64,000 bases of DNA, from contig CAVYHE010000007.1 of assembly GCA_963768305.1 (NCBI GenBank), forward strand, positions 96,001 to 160,000. Direction: 5' to 3'. Below the pieces are notes generated by a model. That model saw only the letters and a program-made list of their open reading frames with translations, ran no database searches and was not told the origin of the DNA. Positions 1 to 7,549 of this stretch are shown here, in pieces. Each line of letters opens with the position of its first letter. The stretch's first letter is position 1. The stretch comes from an uncultured bacterium. GTDB lineage: Bacteria; Margulisbacteria; WOR-1; CAVSGV01. The translations under genes and the position numbers were made by a program.

Positions 1-212
1 CCGGCGGCTCCAACCCGCGCGGGAAACTTTACGAGCGCCTGCAGAACAGGTATCACTGCAAGTTCGATTATTCATTTGACCGGCTTAACAGGTACACCTG
101 CGTCGGTTGCGGCCGGTGCATAGACGGCTGCGCGGGGAACATTGATATGAGGAAGATATTCGTCGAACTGGAAAAGCAGGCGCCGCTTACCGCAAAACTG
201 GAGATGCTATGA
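1..212 (+). CDS. 4Fe-4S dicluster protein, AsrA/sulfhydrogenase beta-like (3' fragment)
   Basis: Hand translation from position 3: GGSNPRGKLYERLQNRYHCKF...TCVGCGRCIDGCAGNIDMRKI, TGA at 210-212 overlapping the next ATG; the CxxCxxCxxxC motif is typical of the AsrA C-terminus. Confidence 0.8.
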   Translation, partial: GGSNPRGKLYERLQNRYHCKFDYSFDRLNRYTCVGCGRCIDGCAGNIDMRKIFVELEKQAPLTAKLEML

Positions 213-1023
213 GCGAGAATCCTTACAGGCCGGTAAAAGCAAGGATCGAAAAGGTCATTACCGAAACATCGAATATAAAGACCTTTATCCTTAAGCCGGA
301 AGAAAAAGTTTCCTTCCTGTCAGGGCAATTCATGCAGGTGACGGTGCCGGGAATGGGAGAAGCCCCTTTCACGCCTTCTTCAGATCCTCACGTATCGGAC
401 TCTATAGAATTCACGATAATGAGAACGGGAAACGTAACAGAAAAACTGCACGGGATGAAAGAAGGGGAATTTATCGGCATACGCGGCCCTTACGGCAAGC
501 CTTATCCTTTGCAAACATTCCATGGCAAAGACATATATATTGTCGGAGGAGGCGTTGGGCTTGCACCGTTGAGATCCTTCTTCTCGCGCTGTCCCATGAA
601 CTTGATCATCTTAATAAAATTGAAGTTCGGTTCGGCGCGCGCACGCCGAGCGACATTTCTTACAATCATGCGATCGAAGACTGGAAAAAATGGAAAAAGA
701 CGAATATCGTCATCACTGTGGACACATCTGAGCCCGGATGGACGGGAAATGTGGGACTGGTCACGACAATCCTCAAGGACAAGGACGTGAACACAAAGAA
801 CGCCGCAGTTATAGTGTGCGGCCCGCCCATAATGATGAAATTCGTGACAACTAGGCTTCTGGACATGGGTTTCGCGGACAGGGATATTTACCTTTCAATG
901 GAGAAGAACATGAGCTGCGGGATAGGAAAATGCTTTCACTGCAATCTGGGAAAATATTTCGTCTGCAAGGACGGTCCCGTTTTCACGTGGGACCAGATAA
1001 AGGACATACCTGATCCATGGTAG
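209..1023 (+). CDS. FAD/NAD(P)-binding oxidoreductase with 2Fe-2S cluster, AsrB/sulfhydrogenase gamma-like; frameshift near 576
   Basis: ORF 209..790 has RGPYG and GGGVGLAPLRS; ORF 718..1023 has CGPP and MSCGIGKCFHC...VCKDGPVF; adding one C at ~576 (TCC CTT CTT) joins them via LLLALSHELD...FGARTPSDI. Confidence 0.85.
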
Positions 1024-2420
1024 AAAAAAGAAGAACAACATGCCTTTTCTGCTCGCTCGGATGCGGGGTGGCCTTCAGGACATCCGCCGGCCAGATAACG
1101 GCCATAGATTATGACAAGGAAAACCCGATAAACACCGGCTCTCTATGCCCAAGGGGATATTACAATCTTGAGCTTTTGAACCATCCCCAAAGACTGACAA
1201 AACCCTTTATCGGGAAAAAGGCAGCATCCTGGGATGAAGCGATAGACTTCACGAAAAAAGAACTGAAAAAATTCGATCATTCATCGATCAAGATGGCGCT
1301 GTCTTCGAATGCGAGCAATGAAGACGCGTATGTGGCAGGTCTCTTCGCGAAAACATTGGGCATAATCGATGTTTCCGCGTCCGGTGACCCGGCGGATCAG
1401 GATTCATGGAAAGGAAATAAGTGGGATGCTGAAGGCGCTTCGCTGGAAAATGTTGAAAGGCTGGGAGACTCGGAAGCGCTTTTGATCATCGGCGACATCC
1501 TTACCCGCTCACCCGTCCTGTCCAAACGGATCAACAAGGTTAAGTACGGGAAAAGAGGGAACAAGATCATAGTGATCGCGCCAAGCGTAACGCATACTTC
1601 CTGGTTCGCGACAACACACCTGAAGAATAAGCCGGGAACGGAAGCCGTTTTAATGGCTGTTATCGTAAAGATATTGGCTGAAATCAATAAAAGAGGAAGG
1701 ATCGGCCTGGACATTAAAAAAGCCGCTCAGATAACAGGCGTCCCAGCAGAACTGATAATCCGAGCAGCAACAGCATTTGATGACGCGGAATCCGGGACCA
1801 TTATTTTTTCTCCCGGGAACAACATCCAGAGGAACGATATTGTCCAATATTTGATGAAAGTTGCTTCAAGTTTCTCGGTTAACAAAAAACATATCACGTT
1901 CAATATGTACGGAAATACTATAGGCGTGAACAGGGTCCTTGACTCGATGATCGACCAAAAAGAAAGCAAAAAAGCCAAAGTATTCATAGCTTTTGGGGAC
2001 GAGACATCCCTTCCGGGCGCTGAATTCACGGTCCGGTCCTGCTTTTTTGCTCCCGATCATGTAAAGGAGAACGAGGTCCTGCTTCCCCTGGCAAGCCACA
2101 TGGAAAGAAAAGGAAATGTCATTTTAGCAGGTGCAAGAACCGAGAATATCAAGCCTATCGTCCATAAAATCGGCGGAAGGTCCCACATGGAGATAATTTC
2201 ATCGCTTATGGATGCAAATATTGAATTTGACATGATACTTGAAGAGACCGAAAAGATACTGGCAAAAGGTATAAAAAAAGAAAAAGTCGACATGAATGAA
2301 AAGATCGCGGAAGCTCTTGAATCGGCGGAAAAACCGGCTATTTTGCCGGAGAACATAACTCATTTCGGTAATAATGAACTGGTAAAAAGATTTTTCTGGT
2401 ACAGGGTGAACAATGGCTAA
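1017..2420 (+). CDS. Molybdopterin oxidoreductase-like (FdhA/NuoG-like) subunit with N-terminal 4Fe-4S domain, shortened
   Basis: TTCLFCSLGCG...NTGSLCPRG...HPQRLTKP is the Molybdop_Fe4S4 signature; NKPGTEAVL and LLPLASHMERKG resemble family motifs. Confidence 0.75.
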   Translation: MVEKRRTTCLFCSLGCGVAFRTSAGQITAIDYDKENPINTGSLCPRGYYNLELLNHPQRLTKPFIGKKAASWDEAIDFTKKELKKFDHSSIKMALSSNASNEDAYVAGLFAKTLGIIDVSASGDPADQDSWKGNKWDAEGASLENVERLGDSEALLIIGDILTRSPVLSKRINKVKYGKRGNKIIVIAPSVTHTSWFATTHLKNKPGTEAVLMAVIVKILAEINKRGRIGLDIKKAAQITGVPAELIIRAATAFDDAESGTIIFSPGNNIQRNDIVQYLMKVASSFSVNKKHITFNMYGNTIGVNRVLDSMIDQKESKKAKVFIAFGDETSLPGAEFTVRSCFFAPDHVKENEVLLPLASHMERKGNVILAGARTENIKPIVHKIGGRSHMEIISSLMDANIEFDMILEETEKILAKGIKKEKVDMNEKIAEALESAEKPAILPENITHFGNNELVKRFFWYRVNNG

Positions 2421-2895
2421 GCGCGTTTATTTGAATCTTGACCTTTGCTGCGGATGCAGGAGCTGCGCAGCGGGCTGCGCGTACGGCCATCACGTACAAT
2501 CCCTGCTTATCCACGGAAAAATGGGTACGGACGCTGAGCTTCCGCTTCACTGCCTGCACTGCGACCAGCCGGCCTGCGCGGCGGCATGCCCGAACGAAGC
2601 GATGAAAAAAATGGACGACGGAACGGTACTTCGCAGCCTTTACAAATGCGTCGGATGCGGATCATGCGTCGTTTCATGCCCATTCGGGGTCATCCAGCCG
2701 GACCTGACAAGGCACATTGTGCCGAAATGCGATCTTTGCGTGGACCGCCTGGCGGAAGGCGAAATACCCAGATGCGTGCAGACCTGCACGTCCGGCGCGC
2801 TTTCATTCGAGGAAATAGATGAGCAGATAGTCGACGAAAAAAAGAACCTTGCTTCGGTAAGGATCTTGTCCAATTTTATAGGCAGGAGGCGGTAA
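2413..2895 (+). CDS. 4x[4Fe-4S] electron-transfer subunit (HycB/DmsB-like)
   Basis: CCGCRSCAAGC, CLHCDQPACAAACP, CVGCGSCVVSCPFG and KCDLC...PRCVQTC motifs. Confidence 0.9.
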   Translation: MAKRVYLNLDLCCGCRSCAAGCAYGHHVQSLLIHGKMGTDAELPLHCLHCDQPACAAACPNEAMKKMDDGTVLRSLYKCVGCGSCVVSCPFGVIQPDLTRHIVPKCDLCVDRLAEGEIPRCVQTCTSGALSFEEIDEQIVDEKKNLASVRILSNFIGRRR

Positions 2896-2897
2896 AC

Positions 2898-3575
2898 ATG
2901 GGAAAAGCTGAAGAATTGATGGACAATGCTTGCGCGTGCCTGAGAGAGGGGAAATTCCGCGAAGCCATAAAGGAATACCAGGATGCGATCCGGATAGACC
3001 CGAAAAATTCCGTTGCCCATAAAAACCTGGGGAGCCTTTATTACCGCCAGACTATGCTGGACGAATCTATCGTTGAATTCAAAAAGGCGGTTGAATTGAA
3101 CCCGAATTATTCGGATGCGCACTACGAGCTGGGCATTTCCCTTTACAGGAGAGGGAAATTGGAGGAAGGTATCCGGTCGTTCAATCAAGCGCTGGAGATC
3201 AATCCGAATTTCCACATTGCCAGATACTGGCTTGGCCTTTCATATTTTTATATAGGCAAGCTGAAGGAAGCTATCGAGGAATTCAAGGGTGTCATCGCAA
3301 AGGCCCCGCAAATAATGATAGCCCATTATCATCTCGGCGCCGCGTTCGCCCAGGAAGGGAAATTTGATGAAGCTATAATGCAGTTCGAAAAGTTCGTTAA
3401 AGAGGTCCCCGAAAGCGCGGCCGCGTACTATCATCTGGGAATAAATTATTACAACAAAGGCGATGTTGAAAAAGCGATATTGAATTTCAAGAAAGCCGTT
3501 GACATAGATCCATCCGACGAACGCGCGAAAAAGAATTTGGCGACGCTTGAAGACTTAAGGAGTAAATTCTTTTAA
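2898..3575 (+). CDS. Tetratricopeptide repeat protein
   Basis: About six 34-aa repeats of the type AHYxLGxxYYxxGKxxEAIxxFKKAxxINP. Confidence 0.9.
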   Translation: MGKAEELMDNACACLREGKFREAIKEYQDAIRIDPKNSVAHKNLGSLYYRQTMLDESIVEFKKAVELNPNYSDAHYELGISLYRRGKLEEGIRSFNQALEINPNFHIARYWLGLSYFYIGKLKEAIEEFKGVIAKAPQIMIAHYHLGAAFAQEGKFDEAIMQFEKFVKEVPESAAAYYHLGINYYNKGDVEKAILNFKKAVDIDPSDERAKKNLATLEDLRSKFF

Positions 3576-4502
3576 ATGTTAAGGACCTTATTTTATTTGA
3601 TAATAATGCCGGGATTCCTGTTCGCGGCCGTTGTCGGCCTTTTGTCTTCGTGGGTGGACAGGAAAATTACCGCAAGGCTCCAGTGGAGGAAAGGACCGCC
3701 GATCTACCAGCCGTTCGCGGATATCCTTAAGCTGCTGGGAAAGGAAACTTTCGTTCCTGATAATTCGAAGCTTGCATTCATTTCCGCGCCTTTGCTCGGC
3801 CCGATAGCTATCCCTATCATTTCCGCGATGCTCTGGAATGTGAACATTAATGCCAGCACAAGTTTCACTGGAGACCTGATAATTGTGATCTTATTGCTCA
3901 TGGTTCCGTCTTTAGCATTGATCATTGGCGGATCGGTCTCGGGCAACACTCTTTCAATCCTGGGGGTAAAGCGTGAAAAAAGGTTATTCCTGGCATATGA
4001 AATTCCATTTTTTATCGCGGTATTGACAGCAGCGGTCAGGGCAGGCTCGATCTTGACGGGAAAGATCGCAAGCCACCAGTTAACGGGCGGCATGAACATC
4101 GGGAGTATTTCAGGAGCAGCTGCATTTCTTGTGGCCCTGTTGGCCGCGCAGGCGCAGCTCGGATTCGCTCCTTTCGACACCACCGAAGCCGAACAAGAGA
4201 TCGAAAGCGGCCCGTTCCTCGAATATTCCGGCATGCTTCTTGCGGCTTTCAAGCTGACAAAAGCCATGATGCTCTACATCCTGCCCGTTCTGCTGATAAC
4301 ATTATTTTTAGGAGGCTTTGATATCAATTCTATGGCAGGAGTCCTGTGGTTCATAATAAAATATTTTATCGTTCTTTCCTTGATGATCCTGATCAAGGAC
4401 ACTAACCCGAGGATACGGATCGATCAGGCGGTCAGATTTTTCAGGTGGCCGATGACGATCCTTGCCGTGATCGGGCTGGTCCTTGCAATGATAGGATGGT
4501 AG
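3576..4502 (+). CDS. Group 4 hydrogenase membrane subunit (NuoH/HycD family)
   Basis: DRKITARLQWRKGPPIYQPFADILKLLGKE and PFDTTEAEQEIESGPFLEYSG; multiple hydrophobic helices. Confidence 0.92.
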   Translation: MLRTLFYLIIMPGFLFAAVVGLLSSWVDRKITARLQWRKGPPIYQPFADILKLLGKETFVPDNSKLAFISAPLLGPIAIPIISAMLWNVNINASTSFTGDLIIVILLLMVPSLALIIGGSVSGNTLSILGVKREKRLFLAYEIPFFIAVLTAAVRAGSILTGKIASHQLTGGMNIGSISGAAAFLVALLAAQAQLGFAPFDTTEAEQEIESGPFLEYSGMLLAAFKLTKAMMLYILPVLLITLFLGGFDINSMAGVLWFIIKYFIVLSLMILIKDTNPRIRIDQAVRFFRWPMTILAVIGLVLAMIGW

Positions 4503-4506
4503 TTGA

Positions 4507-4926
4507 ATGGTAAATTTGTTTGAGTGGGGTTTTAAACGGTCTCCCTGGGTTTTCCACCTGGGGGCTTCGGCGTGCAACAACTGCGACATAGAGATACTGG
4601 ACACGCTGACGCCGAAATTCGATATTGAAAGGTTCGGGATGGTCCTCGTGGGCTCTCCCCGCCACGCGGATATTCTCCTGGTTTCCGGGATTGTTAACAG
4701 GCAATCTATAGAAAAATTTAAGCATGTTTATGATGAGGTGCCAAAACCAAAGCTTGTGGTAGCGGTAGGTGTATGCGCCTGCTCCGCCGACATGTTCCGG
4801 GACAGCTATAATTTTGTGAAGCCGGTGGATGAGATAATCCCCGTGGACGTTTACGTTCCCGGATGCCCCCCGAAGCCGGAAGCGATAATATCAGGCATAA
4901 TAAAAGCTCTGGAGAAAATAAAATGA
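4507..4926 (+). CDS. [NiFe]-hydrogenase small subunit (NuoB/HycG/EchC family)
   Basis: ACNNCDIE, GSPRHADILLV, VGVCACS, PVDVYVPGCPPKPE. Confidence 0.93.
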   Translation: MVNLFEWGFKRSPWVFHLGASACNNCDIEILDTLTPKFDIERFGMVLVGSPRHADILLVSGIVNRQSIEKFKHVYDEVPKPKLVVAVGVCACSADMFRDSYNFVKPVDEIIPVDVYVPGCPPKPEAIISGIIKALEKIK

Positions 4927-5372
4927 ACGTTCTCGAACAGATAAAGAATAAATTCAAGGATGATGTTGATATCCTTGAAAAGTCGAAGAAGAGGGCTTAT
5001 GTAACCGTGGAAAAAGGCCGCGCAAAAGAAGTGGCGGGATATTTATTCAACGAATTGGGCGCCAGGTTTTCGATGGCGACCGGCATTGATACGCGCCTCG
5101 GAATCGAAATAATTTATCACATGACTTTTGACGGAAGCGGACTGGTCGTTTCGATAAGGACGCTTGTTGAAAAGCCGGAGCTTAAAACCAAAAGTTTTAC
5201 GGACGTTGTTCCCGCGGTGGAATGGATAGAGCGCGAACTCCATGAAATGTTCGGCGTTGATTTTTTGGGGCATCCGGGACTGAAAAGGCTGCTGCTTCCG
5301 GATGATTGGCCGGAAGGCGAATATCCGTTCCGTAAAAAGACGTTCGAATCCGAGAATGAAGGGGTAAGCTGA
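4923..5372 (+). CDS. NuoC-like subunit of the hydrogenase complex
   Basis: WIERELHEMFGVDFLGHPGLKRLLLPDDWPEGEYPFRK; ATG at 4923 overlaps the previous stop. Confidence 0.9.
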   Translation: MNVLEQIKNKFKDDVDILEKSKKRAYVTVEKGRAKEVAGYLFNELGARFSMATGIDTRLGIEIIYHMTFDGSGLVVSIRTLVEKPELKTKSFTDVVPAVEWIERELHEMFGVDFLGHPGLKRLLLPDDWPEGEYPFRKKTFESENEGVS

Positions 5373-5374
5373 TA

Positions 5375-6565
5375 ATGGCGGAAAAAAATAAATTTATACC
5401 CATTGGCCCTTTCCATCCGCTGCTGGAGGAGCCGGAATATTTCAAATTCTATGTGGAAGGCGAGAAAGTGGTGGATGCGGAAGTGCGCATCGGCTACAAC
5501 CACAGAGGTATAGAGAAGCTCGCGGAAACAAAAACTTTTGAGCAGGATCTTTTCCTGGTGGAGAGGATCTGCGGAATATGCTCAACCTCCCATCCTTTCG
5601 CGGCCGTTCAGGCAGCGGAAGATATTTCCTGTCTGGAAGTCCCCGAAAGGGCGCAGTACATCCGATCGATAATCGGAGAGCTGGAAAGGATACACAGCCA
5701 TCTCTTGTGGGTCGGGCTCGCCGGACATTTTATCGGATACAACACGGTATTCATGTGGGCGTGGAAATACCGCGAGCCGGTTCTGGACATATTCGAGGCG
5801 ATCTCCGGCAACCGCAACCATTACGGGATGTTCAAGGTCGGCGGCGTGAGAAGGGACATACTGGAAAAAGATATCCCCGAGCTTCTCAAGGCGATAGATG
5901 AAGTGGAAAAATTCTGTTCGATGCTGACAAAAGCGGTTATGGACGATCCGGTCATCCACGCTCGGACAAAAGGCGTCGGCATACTTAAGAAGAGCGACGC
6001 TGTATCGATGAGCGTGGTCGGCCCGGTCGCGCGCGCGTCCGGGGTCGCTATCGACGTAAGAAAGGACCATCCTTACGCCGCTTATGACAGGGTGATATTC
6101 GACAAGATAGTGATGAAGGACGGAGATGTTTTTTCCAAGACGGCCGTCAGGCTCCTTGAAACCATAGAATCGGTCAAGATCATAAGGCAGTGCCTTAAGA
6201 ATCTGCCCCGCGGCCCCATCGACGCGGACATAAGGGATATCGGGATCGGCGAGGGCATAGGCCAGCATGAGGCTCCTCGCGGAGAAGTGATGCATTACAT
6301 AAGGAGCAATGGTTCTAATTATCCGGAGAGGCATAAGATCCGCGCACCTTCTTTCATGAACGTGCCTTCATTCAAGAAGACCGTGATAGGACAATCGATA
6401 TCCGATGCGGCGCTGATAACCGCGGCCGTGGACCCGTGCTACTGCTGCACGGAAAGGATGGTGGTCGTTGACCGCGACACGAACAGGATATTGAAGACCG
6501 GCGAAGACCTTGTAAGGATGTGCCAGGAAAAAACTGAGAAAATAAAAGGAACGATGTGCAAATGA
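5375..6565 (+). CDS. Group 4 [NiFe]-hydrogenase large subunit (NuoD/HycE/EchE family)
   Basis: L1 motif ERICGICSTSH and L2 motif DPCYCCTER supply all four Ni-binding Cys; GYNHRGIEK, ELERIHSHL, EAPRGE. Confidence 0.93.
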   Translation: MAEKNKFIPIGPFHPLLEEPEYFKFYVEGEKVVDAEVRIGYNHRGIEKLAETKTFEQDLFLVERICGICSTSHPFAAVQAAEDISCLEVPERAQYIRSIIGELERIHSHLLWVGLAGHFIGYNTVFMWAWKYREPVLDIFEAISGNRNHYGMFKVGGVRRDILEKDIPELLKAIDEVEKFCSMLTKAVMDDPVIHARTKGVGILKKSDAVSMSVVGPVARASGVAIDVRKDHPYAAYDRVIFDKIVMKDGDVFSKTAVRLLETIESVKIIRQCLKNLPRGPIDADIRDIGIGEGIGQHEAPRGEVMHYIRSNGSNYPERHKIRAPSFMNVPSFKKTVIGQSISDAALITAAVDPCYCCTERMVVVDRDTNRILKTGEDLVRMCQEKTEKIKGTMCK

Positions 6566-7161
6566 AACTGCCTAAATTAAGGGAACTGGGAGAAGCGGTA
6601 AGGTCCCTGTTATCAAGGCCTTACACGTCGAAATTCCCCCGACAGCAGCCCGTGATACCGGATGGTTTTCGCGGCAAGCCCCAATTTTACCAGGACGACT
6701 GCGTCGGCTGCCTTGCGTGCGAGGAGGTATGCCCCGCCAGAGCCATCGATCATGTGGACGACATCAAGCTAAAGCAAAGGACTCTGACGCATCATCAGGA
6801 CATTTGCATATACTGCCAGCAATGCGAAAAAGCGTGCATCACCGAAAAAGGGATAATGCTCACGAAGGAATATGACCTTTCGACCTATGACAGGAGGTCG
6901 GCAGTGACCACATCCCAAAAGGAGCTGACAATATGCGAGCGTTGCGGTAAAATAGTGGCGCCGCTGGATCATTTGAAATTCCTTGCAAAGAAAGTGGGCC
7001 ACCTTTTGTACGCGAACCCTACACTTCTTCTGGCAAGGCACGATGAATTGAAGCTGCTTGAAGATGACCGGCCGCTTAACAGCCCTCACAAGAGAGGCGA
7101 CCACCTTAAAATGGTCTGTCCGCATTGCAGAGCTGAGATAATATTGAAGGAACAATGGTAA
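6562..7161 (+). CDS. NuoI/HycF-like 2x[4Fe-4S] subunit with extra C-terminal Cys pairs
   Basis: PYTSKFP...FRGKP, CVGCLACEEVCPARAI, CIYCQQCEKAC, plus CERC and CPHC. Confidence 0.88.
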   Translation: MKLPKLRELGEAVRSLLSRPYTSKFPRQQPVIPDGFRGKPQFYQDDCVGCLACEEVCPARAIDHVDDIKLKQRTLTHHQDICIYCQQCEKACITEKGIMLTKEYDLSTYDRRSAVTTSQKELTICERCGKIVAPLDHLKFLAKKVGHLLYANPTLLLARHDELKLLEDDRPLNSPHKRGDHLKMVCPHCRAEIILKEQW

Positions 7162-7169
7162 TAATTTAA

Positions 7170-7204
7170 TTTAGGAACCGCGACTTCAGTCGCAGGTTCC
7201 TAAA
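7170..7204. repeat. REP-like palindrome, copy 1 (core GGAACCGCGACTTCAGTCGCAGGTTCC at 7174-7200)
   Basis: Imperfect inverted repeat in an intergenic gap; the exact reverse complement of the core is at 58101-58127. Confidence 0.85.
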
Positions 7205-7214
7205 AGGAAATAAT

Positions 7215-7549
7215 ATGCACGAACTAGGTCTTGCTGAAGACATATTAAGGAAGATAAAAGAAGAGGCAAGGACAAGGAACTTATCCAAAATTTCCTTCGC
7301 CGGATTGCTGATCGGAGAAACCCTCGTGACCGACAGGCCGGAGCTGGAACAATTATTCTCCATGATCTCCACCGGATCGCTTGCTGACGGCGCCACGCTT
7401 GGCATAACCATCTCTCCGCTGAAAGCCGTTTGCGGATCATGTAAAAAAAATTCAACCCCACGGTGATCAGATTCGACTGCCCCAATTGCGGCTCCCGTGA
7501 CATAAAAATAACTTCCGGGAACGAACTTAAGATAGAGGAATTGAAATAA
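7215..7549 (+). CDS. hypA: Hydrogenase nickel metallochaperone HypA; frameshift in A8 run at 7443-7450
   Basis: MHELGLA start and CGSC; the shifted frame continues FNPTVIRFDCPNCGSRDIKITSGNELKIEELK to TAA 7547-7549. Confidence 0.88.

Noticed and set aside
209..1023. True pseudogenes at the four frameshifted loci
   Set aside because: Each has a single homopolymer indel and no other visible decay; assembly error is more parsimonious, though unproven
5375..6565. Respiratory complex I NuoD or Mbx/MBS-type non-hydrogenase
   Set aside because: Both CxxC nickel-binding motifs (RICGIC, DPCYCC) are intact and hypA follows
7464..7466. Selenocysteine readthrough of the TGA ending the short hypA ORF
   Set aside because: The homologous continuation is in another frame, so this is a frameshift and not an in-frame UGA
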